Origin: Planctomycetota bacterium
GTDB taxonomy: Bacteria > Planctomycetota > JAJSAM01 > JAJVHW01
DNA length: 64,000 bases
NCBI GenBank assembly: GCA_965248445.1
Contig: CBDFJG010000002.1
Location: 224,001-288,000, forward strand
Direction of reading: 5' to 3'
The translations under genes and the position numbers were made by a program. Below the pieces are notes generated by a model. That model worked only from the letters and a program-made list of their open reading frames with translations, was not told where the DNA came from and searched no databases. Shown one piece after another: positions 9,439 through 19,629 of the stretch (the first letter of the stretch is position 1; each line of letters starts with the position of its first letter).

Positions 9439-10938
9439 GTAACCGTTCACCCCTTGACAGCGTGTGAGCCTCAGCGTGCGACGGGCAGCGGGACCATGAC
9501 GGGCGGGTCGGCGCCGGTGAGGTGCGCGGCGACCGAGTCGGCGAGGAAGTCGAAGACTTGGTCGCCACGGCGTCGCAGCGTGGCCGCGGCGGTCAACACG
9601 CGCTCGGCGAAGCGGAGTCCGCGAGCGGACTGGCTTCCGAAGGAGCCCTTGCGCCAGAGCACCGCTTTGCGGACCGCGCGCTCGGCGGCGTTGTTCGTCG
9701 GACTCACGTCCTGGGTCCGCGCATAGGTGAAGAGGGCGACCACGCGGGGGCGCAGATGGTTGGCCAGAGCCGAGTCGTCGTTCGCGATCAGTCGCTCGAG
9801 CCGTCCGCGCAGCACAGCGGCTTCGCCTTGCAGCCGGTCACGGTCGCCGTGCTCACCGAAGAGCCGGTAGCTGCGCATGACCGACTGCGCGATCATGACG
9901 CCCTTGTTGCCGAAGCGGCGATGTCCTCGCGGGCCTTCGGCCAGCGCACGGAAGGCGCGCTCGATGTGCGCCCAGCAGAGCTGGCGGCGGGCAAGTGGGT
10001 GTGACTCGTAGGCACCCATCCGGTCGCTGATCACCGTGCCACCGAAGCGCCGCCCGATCAGCCGCCCTTTCGCCTTGGCACTGCGGCGGCGATCGATCCC
10101 GAAGGCTGTGGCGTGCTCGCTCTCCGCCGCCCACAGCCAGCACACCCGGCCCCGTTCCTTCCACGACGTCTCGTCCACGTTGGCTCGCAGCGACGTGCGG
10201 ACTGCCCCGAGGGCTTCGAGGTACGACGAGTGCAGAGCGTCACTGAGCCGACGCTCACAGTCGCTGATCTTGCCCAGCGACATCTTCACACCGAAGATCT
10301 CACCGAGCAGCCGCTGCGTCTCCCGCACGCTCACGCGGTACACGCCGCGCAGCGCGCCGGCAAGTGTGGTCAGCCGCGGACCGAAGGCCCCGGTCGGCAC
10401 GCCATCGGGCAGGACCGCCGTCGTGACCGCACGACAGCGCCGGCACCGCGCCTTGTGCAGCCGGTGTTCCCGCACCGTGACGAGCACGCGCGGGAGCACC
10501 GTCACCTGGTGCCGGTACGGATCGCCGATGCCCTGCTCGAGATCGTCGTGTCCGCACGCGTCGCAGAGGTCGGGACGGTGCTCCTTGGTCTCATCGACGT
10601 TGGACGGATCCACCAGCTCGCGCGCCGTGCCCTCATGGCCCGGCTGTCCGCCCTGCTGGCGACCGCTACGCGGCCTTCGGCCGCGACGGCGCTTGGACCA
10701 CGCCGGGTCCGACGACGGAGGCCTCGAGCTGTTGCGGGAGTCACGCTTCAGACGCGACTCGAGCTCGTCGATGCGGCGCAGATGCTTCGCTTCGCGACGC
10801 TCCAGCTCCTCGATCCAGGCCAGAAGGCCCTCGACCATCGCCCGCAGATCCTCGTCCTGCCGCTCGCCCACAACATCTTGATCGACCGATGGCCGAACGA
10901 TCTGGATCCTGGCTCGCGACGAAGGGGTGAACGGTTAC
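9439..10938 (-). mobile_element. IS66-family insertion sequence, single-ORF (ISBst12-like), 1500 bp
   Basis: Perfect 17-bp terminal inverted repeats GTAACCGTTCACCCCTT (9439-9455 and 10922-10938). The 8-bp flanks differ (CCGTCTCG vs GGATCGCG), so there is no TSD. Confidence 0.93.
9471..10871 (-). CDS. tnpC: IS66 family transposase
   Basis: Motifs NSSRPPSSD, GGQPGHEG, CxxC..CxxC, NVDETSW, ISDRMGAY, QLCWAHIER, PTNNAAERAVR, GSQSARG. Confidence 0.95.
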   Translation of the reverse strand: MGERQDEDLRAMVEGLLAWIEELERREAKHLRRIDELESRLKRDSRNSSRPPSSDPAWSKRRRGRRPRSGRQQGGQPGHEGTARELVDPSNVDETKEHRPDLCDACGHDDLEQGIGDPYRHQVTVLPRVLVTVREHRLHKARCRRCRAVTTAVLPDGVPTGAFGPRLTTLAGALRGVYRVSVRETQRLLGEIFGVKMSLGKISDCERRLSDALHSSYLEALGAVRTSLRANVDETSWKERGRVCWLWAAESEHATAFGIDRRRSAKAKGRLIGRRFGGTVISDRMGAYESHPLARRQLCWAHIERAFRALAEGPRGHRRFGNKGVMIAQSVMRSYRLFGEHGDRDRLQGEAAVLRGRLERLIANDDSALANHLRPRVVALFTYARTQDVSPTNNAAERAVRKAVLWRKGSFGSQSARGLRFAERVLTAAATLRRRGDQVFDFLADSVAAHLTGADPPVMVPLPVAR

Positions 10939-11182
10939 GGATCGCGGGGGCGATCCTCGGCCACGCTTCGGACGCTTGTCCCCCTCCTCCGCGTCCTCCA
11001 GACGCTACGGAGGGCTACGGTCGCGGCGCTTGCGGCGCAACCGCCCCGCCCTCCGCGATTCACGCAACAAGGGCAACCCCCTACAGCTGAGCCTTCGCGG
11101 GACTGCAGCGAATCGCGAGGGCAAGCCGGTTGCGTAGCAATCGGTATGACCGAAGCCCTCCATAGCGGTCGCTCCTGCTGCC

Positions 11183-11232
11183 GAAGCCATTTGTGATGGC
11201 TTCCGCCCACTCGCCCACTCGCCCACTCGCCC
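11183..11232. repeat. Hairpin followed by an 8-bp tandem repeat (CGCCCACT x3 + partial)
   Basis: GAAGCCAT-ttgtg-ATGGCTTC at 11183-11203, then CGCCCACT at 11204, 11212 and 11220. Confidence 0.75.
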
Positions 11233-11296
11233 GCTGGCACGCGGGCTTGTGTCGCCGGCGTTCGTCGGCGCCCCTGCACGGGCGTGACGACGCCCG

Positions 11297-12703
11297 CTAG
11301 AACTCGAGCTGGAAGCGCATGCCGAGCATGTCGTAGTCGCCGAGGTCGTCGACCTGGCCCTTCAGCAGGTTGAGCATCACGCGGGTGTGCGGGTTCAAGT
11401 ACCAGTTCACACCGAACGTCCACTGGTCGATGTCGGGCGCGGAACCGGCCGCACCGGTAGGGCTCCATGTGTCGAAGCGCATCGCGACCTCGACGGCGCC
11501 CGGGCCGTCGGCGTCGCCGTAGTTCTTGCGGGGCTCGACGCGGCCCCAGCTGTTGCTCTTCCGACTGTACGGCCGGCTCTCGCCCGTCAGGAAGTACCCG
11601 AGTGTGACGGCCCACGCAGCGACCTCGGCGTCGCCCGAAGCGCCGTCGGCGTCGAACGCCGCATGCGCCCACTCGGCCTCGAAGTGCAGCGACCCGTTGA
11701 CGTATCCGGTCTCGAGGCCGTAGAGGCGACCCTCGTCCGACATGTCGGTGAGCTTCACGGCGCTGAGGCGGTTGGATGTCAGGTGCTGGCCGCCGCGCGT
11801 GCGGAGAGTGACCGTCTCGTTCGCCGGGTTGCGCAGGGCGCCGCTCACGCCGAAGTGCACGAGGTGGTTCTCGCCGATGCTGGTGTCTTCCCATACGACT
11901 CCGGCGAGCCGGCCCGAGAAGTTCCACTCGCCCTGGCTCGTGTTGCCTACGTCGTCACCGAACCCGTCGGACTCGCGGAACGCGCCGACGGCCCAGCCCC
12001 AGTTTCCGTCGATGCTGTCGCGCACGCTGATGCCGATGTTGTGACCCGGCGCCAGCGCGGCGACCGTCGAGCGCTCCATGAACGTGATGTACTTGCTGCT
12101 GGTGTTGTTGTTCAGGCCGATGGGTTCCTTCTGGTTGCCCACCGTGATCAGGCCGAGACACGGCTGATCGAGCGTCATGTACACGTCCTCGAAGCCGACG
12201 TCGCCGTCCGTGAAGTCGAACTGCGCCTTGAAGCCGACGTTGCCGTAGATCTTCCCGGCCATGTACAGGCGCGCGCGGCGGAACTCGGTGCCGCTCTCGA
12301 CCTTCTCCGCGGGCGCCGGCGGATCCTCTTGCGACCCGAGGAGGCGCTCGATCGCGTTGTCGAAGTCGCCGTTCCAGTAGTCGAGCATGATCCGCCCGCC
12401 GATCTGGAGCTTGAAGTCGCCGTCGGCGGAGTCCGCCAGCAGGCCGCCCTTCCAGTAGCTGGTCAGGCCGGTGTCGCCCGCGCTCACAGCGCGCTCGAGT
12501 TCGGCGATCCGCGCGGACAGCTCCGTCGACGCGCCGGCCTGCGTGCCCGCCGTGAGCCGCTCGACCTGTGCCTCGAGTTCGAGCAATCGCTGCTCGAGCC
12601 GTGCTGCGCGCTCCGCGGAGCCTTCTTCCGCCAGTGCTACCGGTGAAAACGCGGCGAACGCCACGGCGGCGATCGCCGTCCAGTTGTTGAGATTGAGTCT
12701 CAA
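11297..12703 (-). CDS. Phosphate-selective porin OprO/OprP family
   Basis: TTG start after GGAGAG; signal peptide and coiled coil; motifs GGRIMLD, FRRARL, ITFMERS, YFLTGESRPY, GVNWYLNP; C-terminal Phe. Confidence 0.92.
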   Translation of the reverse strand: MRLNLNNWTAIAAVAFAAFSPVALAEEGSAERAARLEQRLLELEAQVERLTAGTQAGASTELSARIAELERAVSAGDTGLTSYWKGGLLADSADGDFKLQIGGRIMLDYWNGDFDNAIERLLGSQEDPPAPAEKVESGTEFRRARLYMAGKIYGNVGFKAQFDFTDGDVGFEDVYMTLDQPCLGLITVGNQKEPIGLNNNTSSKYITFMERSTVAALAPGHNIGISVRDSIDGNWGWAVGAFRESDGFGDDVGNTSQGEWNFSGRLAGVVWEDTSIGENHLVHFGVSGALRNPANETVTLRTRGGQHLTSNRLSAVKLTDMSDEGRLYGLETGYVNGSLHFEAEWAHAAFDADGASGDAEVAAWAVTLGYFLTGESRPYSRKSNSWGRVEPRKNYGDADGPGAVEVAMRFDTWSPTGAAGSAPDIDQWTFGVNWYLNPHTRVMLNLLKGQVDDLGDYDMLGMRFQLEF

Positions 12704-12793
12704 TTGGCTCTCCGGCGCGGCAATCTGACACGGGGCACCGGCTCCGCACACTGAATTCAGACGTCCTTCACGATTGCGAGACTTCGCCGTCCG

Positions 12794-13519
12794 ATGGCGA
12801 TCCGCGCGTCCGGTGACCAGGGTCTCCCCTTCGAGGTCGTTCGATCCCGGAGGCGCAGCATCGGCGTCACCGTTCACGAGGACGGCCGCATCGAGGTGCG
12901 GGCTCCGCGAGGGGTCTCCCAGCGCCAGATCCAACAGACGGTCCGCGAGAACCACGAGTGGATCGTGCGGACGCGCGCCAAGCACATGGAGCGCACACAG
13001 CACGTCCGCGAGCGGCGCTTCGATGACGGAGACACTGTCCCGTACCGGGGCGGGCGCCTCGTGCTGCGCGTGCGCGAGGCGCCGGGGACGCCGGCTTCAC
13101 CGCCGATTCGGCGAGCGGATGAACTCCACGTCGAGGTGCCCGGGGCGCTCGGCCTGCCCGAGCGCCGCCGGGTCGCGCGCGAGGCGGTGGGCCGATGGTT
13201 GCTCGCGGAAGCGCAGCGGGTCTTCCACGAGCGCCACCTGGCCGCCGCCGAGCGGGTCGGCCTGCGCGCGCGTTCGCTCACGATCAAGCACATGACGACC
13301 CGCTGGGGGAGCTGTGGCCGCGAGGGCCGCATGAGTCTCGACTGGCGTCTCGTGATGGCTCCGCCGCACGTCCTCGACTACGTGCTCGTGCACGAATTGG
13401 TGCATATCGAGGTGCACGACCACTCCCGCCGCTTCTGGGCGCGGGTGGCCACCGCCTGCCGGCACTACCGCCGCAGCCGTCGGTGGCTCTCGGAGCACGC
13501 CTCCGGCCTTGCCCTCTGA
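12794..13519 (+). CDS. YgjP/DUF45-like (M48/SprT-type) zinc metallohydrolase
   Basis: Motifs RSRRRSIG, VRAP, RWGSC, DYVLVHELVH, HSRRFW. Confidence 0.9.
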   Translation: MAIRASGDQGLPFEVVRSRRRSIGVTVHEDGRIEVRAPRGVSQRQIQQTVRENHEWIVRTRAKHMERTQHVRERRFDDGDTVPYRGGRLVLRVREAPGTPASPPIRRADELHVEVPGALGLPERRRVAREAVGRWLLAEAQRVFHERHLAAAERVGLRARSLTIKHMTTRWGSCGREGRMSLDWRLVMAPPHVLDYVLVHELVHIEVHDHSRRFWARVATACRHYRRSRRWLSEHASGLAL

Positions 13520-13607
13520 GGCTGTAGCACGCCCTCCTGGGAGCGCGCCCGGACGGGGCCCGCGGAGTCCGTGCCCACCCGCACGCTCTCGCTCGTAGAT
13601 TCACCGG

Positions 13608-14599
<992 letters not shown>

Positions 14600-14600
<1 letters not shown>

Positions 14601-15559
14601 TGGCCAGGCACGCGACCGCTCCCTCATCCGCGGCCCCGACGGACGATGCGACTGTGGCGCTGCCGGCGGACGTGCTCGCGGCGGTGAAGCGCATTCAGAT
14701 GCGCGCGCGTCGCGCGGTGGATGACGGCCTCGCGGGCCAGTATCTCTCTACGTTTCGTGGCTCCGGCATGGAGTTCGACGAGGTCCGCGTGTATGCGCCG
14801 GGCGACGACGTGCGGACGATCGACTGGAACGTGACCGCGCGCACCGGAATCCCGCACATCAAGCGGTACGTCGAGGAGCGCGAGCAAACGGTGCTGTTGG
14901 CGGCGGACGTTTCCGGATCTGCGGGGTTCGGGTCGCGGTTTCGCACGCGCGCCGAGGTGGCGGCCGAACTGTGCGCACTCCTGGCGCTGTCGGCGGTCAC
15001 CAACAACGATAAGGTGGGCCTGCTGCTGTTCGACGACGAGGTCGAACGCTACATCCCTCCCAAGAAGGGCCGCCGCCACGTGCTGCGCGTCATTCGCGAC
15101 GTGCTCTCTCACCAGGGGCGGGGCCGCGGCACCGCGATCGAGGATGCCGTCGCGTATCTGACACGGGTGCAGCGGCGTCACGCGACGGTGTTCGTCGTGA
15201 GCGATTTCCTCGTGCCAGAGGCGAGATGGGAGCCGATCACGACCGCACTGTCGATTGCGGCGCGGCGCCACGACGTCATCGCCGTGACGCTCGACGACCC
15301 GCGTGAGCGTGCCTTGCCGCCGGTGGGGCTCGTCGATCTGCGCGATCTCGAGACCGGCGAGAGCGTCTTGGTCGATTCGTCCAACCGCCGCGTTCGCGAT
15401 GAATATGCGGAGCGCGCCGAACGGCGAGCCACTCAGCGGGCGGCCTCGCTGCGGCGCGCGGGTGTGGACGAGATCGTCGTCGACATCGGCGGCGATTGGG
15501 TGGCGCCCCTGGTGCAGTTCTTCCATCGCCGCGCGGGCCGGCGGAGGCGGCACGCATGA
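14600..15559 (+). CDS. DUF58 family VWA-like protein
   Basis: Motifs GSGMEFDEVRVYAPGDDVRTIDWNVTAR, DVSGS, SDF; position in the MoxR operon. Confidence 0.93.
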
Positions 15560-16515
15560 GACGACTCGTCCTCTGCGGCGTGTGGCTGTTGCTCGCCGCT
15601 CCCGCGTCGGCGGAGACCTCCGTCGTCACCGCCGAGGACGGCGGCGCCCGCGCGACGTTCACGGCGGAGCCCTCGCGCGTGGCGCTCGGCGAACCGGTCA
15701 CGCTGACGCTCGAAGTCAGCGAGCCCGCCGACGGGCGGATCGTGTCGGCCGTGGATCTCGCGGCGCTCGTTCGCGCGTCGCTCGGTGCAGACATCGCCGA
15801 GGTGCGCGGCGTCGATCGCGGCGAGGGCAGGATCACCGCGACGCTCCACGTCTACGACGCAGGGTCGTTCGAGTTGCCCGCGGTGGATCTCGAGATCGCC
15901 GTCGGAGACGCACCCGCGCGGATCGTGCGCCTCGCGGGTCTCTCGGTCGACGTGGGCGAGGTCATCGAAGACGGCGCTCCGCCGCACGTGGAGCGAGGTG
16001 CTCTCGCTCTTCCGGGCGACCCGCTGCTGTGGCCGTGGCTGCTGCTGTGGGGCGCACTGCTCTTGGCACTCGGCCTTGTGGTGTGGTCGCGGCGCCGCTC
16101 TCTGCGACCGCTCCCGCCACCGCCTCCGCCCGCACCACCGCACAGTCGCGCGCTCGCCGCGCTCGACTCGCTCTTGGCCGACCGTTTGCCGGAGAGCGGG
16201 CGGGTGGAACCGTTCTTCGTCCGGCTCAGCGAGATCGCGCGCCACTACGTCGAGGGCCGATTCGGCGTCCGCGCACCGGAGCAGACGACGGAGGAGTTCC
16301 TCGTGGAACTCGGGACTGGTGTCACCGGTGGGCTCGGACCGCAGAGGGGTCTGCTCCGATCATTCCTCGAACGCGCCGACCTGGTGAAGTTCGCGCGGGA
16401 CGTCCCGGACGTCGGCACCTGCCGTGCGGCCGCCGACGACGTGCGCCGGCTCGTCGTCACGACCGCGCCGACCACCCAGACGGCGACATCGAGCGCGAGT
16501 GAGGCGGTGGCGTGA
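15556..16515 (+). CDS. Bat-operon membrane protein (signal peptide, one TM, proline-rich linker)
   Basis: ATGA overlap; motifs RHYVEGRFGVRAPEQTTEEF and ADLVKFA, typical of the gene preceding batA. Confidence 0.8.
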   Translation: MRRLVLCGVWLLLAAPASAETSVVTAEDGGARATFTAEPSRVALGEPVTLTLEVSEPADGRIVSAVDLAALVRASLGADIAEVRGVDRGEGRITATLHVYDAGSFELPAVDLEIAVGDAPARIVRLAGLSVDVGEVIEDGAPPHVERGALALPGDPLLWPWLLLWGALLLALGLVVWSRRRSLRPLPPPPPPAPPHSRALAALDSLLADRLPESGRVEPFFVRLSEIARHYVEGRFGVRAPEQTTEEFLVELGTGVTGGLGPQRGLLRSFLERADLVKFARDVPDVGTCRAAADDVRRLVVTTAPTTQTATSSASEAVA

Positions 16516-17555
16516 CACTCGCGTTCCTCGAACGACTCGATCTGGCCACGCCGTGGGTGTTGCTGTTGCTGCCGGTCGCGCTCGCCATCGTCTGGCACAC
16601 GAGACGTCGCGGGCGCCGGCAGGTGGCGTTCGGTTCGGTGGCCCTCGTGGACGGGCTTCCGAGTTCGCTGCGCCGCCGTCTCGCGTGGCTGCCGGCCGTG
16701 GCGTTCGCATGCGGTGTCGCGCTGGCGGTCGTCGCGCTCGCCCGGCCGCGGCTCGGAGACGAGCGCACGGTGGTGAGGTCCGAGGGCGTCGCGATCGCAC
16801 TGGTCGTGGACACGTCCAGCTCGATGCTGGCGCACGACTTCACCGACGCTGCGGGCCAGCCGACGGACCGGCTGTCCGCCGTGAAGTCGGTGGTGCGGGA
16901 GTTCGTGGAGGGCGGCGCCGCACTCCAGGGGCGCACGGGCGATCTCGTCGGGCTGACGGTGTTCGCCGGCTACGCACAGGCCGTCTGTCCGCCGACGCTC
17001 GATCACCGGATGGTGCTCACGACCCTTGACGCGACGGAGATCGCGCAGTCCGAGGTCGAGGACGGAACGTCGATCGGCCTGGGCCTCGCCGTTGCACTGC
17101 AGCGGCTCAAGGACATCGAAGTGCCCTCGCGCGTCGTGGTGTTACTGACCGACGGCGAGAACCGCGATGACGACAACCCGCCGCTCTCCGCGGCGCGCGT
17201 TGCCCACGAGATGGGCGTGCGCGTGCACACGATCGGGATGGGATCGCGCGGGCTGGCTCCGTACCCGCAGCAGCTCGCGGACGGCCGTGTGGTCTTCCGG
17301 CAGGTGCCGGTGAGTCTCGACGAGGATCTGCTGCAGGCAATCGCGAGCACGACCGGCGGGAAGTACCAGCGCGCCGGGACGACGGACGCGTTGCGACGCA
17401 TCTACGCGGACATCGACGCGATGGAGCGCACCGAGCTCGAAGGAGTCACGTACCGCCGTCATCGCGAGCTGTTCACGTACCCGCTCGCCGCGGCGGCTCT
17501 GCTCTGGCTGCTCTCCCTCATCGGCGAGGCAACTCTGTTCAGGAGGCTCGGATGA
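16512..17555 (+). CDS. batA: BatA-like VWA domain protein
   Basis: Motifs ALARP, MIDAS DTSSSM, PPTLDH, GTSIG, LLTDGEN, HTIG. Confidence 0.88.
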   Translation: MTLAFLERLDLATPWVLLLLPVALAIVWHTRRRGRRQVAFGSVALVDGLPSSLRRRLAWLPAVAFACGVALAVVALARPRLGDERTVVRSEGVAIALVVDTSSSMLAHDFTDAAGQPTDRLSAVKSVVREFVEGGAALQGRTGDLVGLTVFAGYAQAVCPPTLDHRMVLTTLDATEIAQSEVEDGTSIGLGLAVALQRLKDIEVPSRVVVLLTDGENRDDDNPPLSAARVAHEMGVRVHTIGMGSRGLAPYPQQLADGRVVFRQVPVSLDEDLLQAIASTTGGKYQRAGTTDALRRIYADIDAMERTELEGVTYRRHRELFTYPLAAAALLWLLSLIGEATLFRRLG

Positions 17556-18574
17556 GACTCCTCGCGATCGAGTGGCTGTGGACGCTCTGGCTCGTGCCCG
17601 TCGCCGCGCTCCTGCTCCGGCTGGGCGCCGTGCGCGCGCGCACCCGCACACGCGAGTTCGTCGGGGCGCTTGCGCCGCGCCTCGTCCGCGCCGGTGGTGA
17701 GCACCTGTCGCGCAGCGTCTTCGCACTGGCCGCGGTCGCCGTGGCGATCGTCGCGCTCGCCCGCCCGGCATGGGGCGTCGTGATGCAGGACGTCGAGCGC
17801 GAGGGTCTCGAACTGGTCGTGCTCCTGGACGTTAGCCGGAGCATGCTGGCCGAGGACGCTGCGCCCAACCGGCTGGAGCGCGCGCGTCTCGCGGTGGGCC
17901 GGCTGATCGACCGCCTGGAGGAGAGCGGCGGTCATCGCATCGGGCTCGTCGCGTTCGCTGGTCTGCCCGTCGTGCGCGCGCCCGTGACGTCGGACTACGC
18001 ATACGTCCGGGATCGGCTGGCGACGACGTCGCCGTCCGACGTTCCGCGGGGCGGCACGCTGATCGGCGACGCGGTGCGCCGGTCGGTCGGCCTGCTCGAT
18101 CGCGGCGACGTGTCCGCGGACGTGCCTGTGCACGACCGCGTCGTGATCCTGCTGACGGACGGCGAGGACCACGAGAGCTTCCCGCGCGAGGCTGCCCAGG
18201 GCGCCGCGGAGGCGGGTGTCGTGATCTACTCGGTCGGCATCGGCGATCCGTCGGACGGCGGGCGAATTCCCATCCGCGGGGACGACGGCAGGCGCAGCTT
18301 CGTCTCACACGGAGGAAGCGACGTGGTGAGTCGGCTCGACGAGGACACGCTGCGCGCAATGGCCACGTCCACCGGCGGCGGGTATCTGCCCGCCGGCACA
18401 CGGAGCATCCCGCTCGATCGCCTGTACGACGAGGCGATCCAGACGCGCCGGGCGGCGTCGCTCGGCACCACCCGTGAACGCCGCCATCACGAGCGCTTCC
18501 AGTGGGCGGCCGGCATCGCTCTGGTGCTGGCGATCCTCTCGCGGGTCGCCGGACCGCGAGGGCGGGACGCATGA
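17552..18574 (+). CDS. batB: BatB-like VWA domain protein
   Basis: Motifs ALARPAWG, LDVSRSMLAED..PNRLERA, TDGEDH, SRLDE..L, ERFQW. Confidence 0.88.
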   Translation: MRLLAIEWLWTLWLVPVAALLLRLGAVRARTRTREFVGALAPRLVRAGGEHLSRSVFALAAVAVAIVALARPAWGVVMQDVEREGLELVVLLDVSRSMLAEDAAPNRLERARLAVGRLIDRLEESGGHRIGLVAFAGLPVVRAPVTSDYAYVRDRLATTSPSDVPRGGTLIGDAVRRSVGLLDRGDVSADVPVHDRVVILLTDGEDHESFPREAAQGAAEAGVVIYSVGIGDPSDGGRIPIRGDDGRRSFVSHGGSDVVSRLDEDTLRAMATSTGGGYLPAGTRSIPLDRLYDEAIQTRRAASLGTTRERRHHERFQWAAGIALVLAILSRVAGPRGRDA

Positions 18575-19629
18575 AGCGCGCCTTGCCGTTCCTCCTCTGT
18601 CTCGCCGCGCTGGCTCCTGCCGCGTCGGCCGGCGAGGCCCGTGAAACGCTCCGCGACCAGATCGGCGAGGCGATTGCGGCGCTCGACGAGGGGGACGCTC
18701 CGCGCGCCGTGTCCCTGCTCGAGAAGGTGGCTCGCGATCCGGACGCGGAGACGCCGGATGCGGAGCGCGCCACGCTGCAGTACGACCTGGGTGTCGCGTT
18801 CTCCCGTGCGCAGCGGCCGGACGAGGCGCGCGCGGCGTATCGCAGCGCTCTTGCCGCCGCCGGTGACGGAGCGCACGCCGAGCAGGTGCGCGCCTCCGCG
18901 CTGTACAACCTCGGCACGTCTCACCTGTTCGATGCTCACGCCGCGGCGGACCTGCTGGGCGATCCGGCGCGTATCGCCGAGACCGTCGCTCGATCGGGCG
19001 CACAAGGCGGCGGGCCGATGTCGCCCGAGGGCCGCGCCGACATGGAGCGCGCAATCCGAGCCACGACTGCGCGCACCGGGCTTTCGCACGCCCGGGACGC
19101 GATCTCCGCGCTGCGCGATCGCGTGCGCGGTACGCCTTCGGATCGGGATGCGGCGCACAACCTGCAGGTGGCCCAGCGCGTTCGCCGCTTCCTCGAAGAG
19201 GAACTCGAGAAGCACGATCAAAGCGATCCGGAGCAGTCCGGCAAGGATGGTGACGACACCGGCGAGGACGACGGCGAGCAGCAGGATCCGAGCGGCAGCG
19301 ACGAGCAGGAAGGCGATGACTCCTCGCAGGAGAACCCGTCGGGCGGTGAGCAGGGCGAGCAGGACCAGGAACAGCCAGAGTCCGACGGCGCCGAGGGCGA
19401 GCAGGATCAGAGCGAGGGTGACGAACAGCAACCGAGCGGCGGCCAGGACGGCGAGAGTGAGAGCGGTGACGAGCAGCCTCCCGAGCAGCAGGGCGCCGCC
19501 GGAAAGGGCGACGAGAAGAAGGACGAGCCGCTCGCGGAGATGCTGGAAGCAGCGGCGCGGCGGCTGCGGCTCGTCGAGGAGATGCGGCGCAGCAAGTTGC
19601 GCAAGGTCAAGGTGGAGAAAGACTGGTGA
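18571..19629 (+). CDS. batC: BatC-like TPR protein with acidic Q/D/E-rich linker
   Basis: Signal peptide; motifs YDLG, YNLG, AAHNL; low-complexity linker; C-terminal EKDW. Confidence 0.8.
   Translation: MKRALPFLLCLAALAPAASAGEARETLRDQIGEAIAALDEGDAPRAVSLLEKVARDPDAETPDAERATLQYDLGVAFSRAQRPDEARAAYRSALAAAGDGAHAEQVRASALYNLGTSHLFDAHAAADLLGDPARIAETVARSGAQGGGPMSPEGRADMERAIRATTARTGLSHARDAISALRDRVRGTPSDRDAAHNLQVAQRVRRFLEEELEKHDQSDPEQSGKDGDDTGEDDGEQQDPSGSDEQEGDDSSQENPSGGEQGEQDQEQPESDGAEGEQDQSEGDEQQPSGGQDGESESGDEQPPEQQGAAGKGDEKKDEPLAEMLEAAARRLRLVEEMRRSKLRKVKVEKDW

Noticed and set aside
9454..9459. TTGACA hexamer inside the IS end as an outward promoter for the CHAT remnant
   Set aside because: It is on the plus strand and points into the IS, not toward the CHAT gene.
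11115..11190. c-di-GMP-I riboswitch call
   Set aside because: It lacks the GNRA loop and GCAAA core, and no downstream gene lies on that strand. Kept only as a weak structured-region finding.
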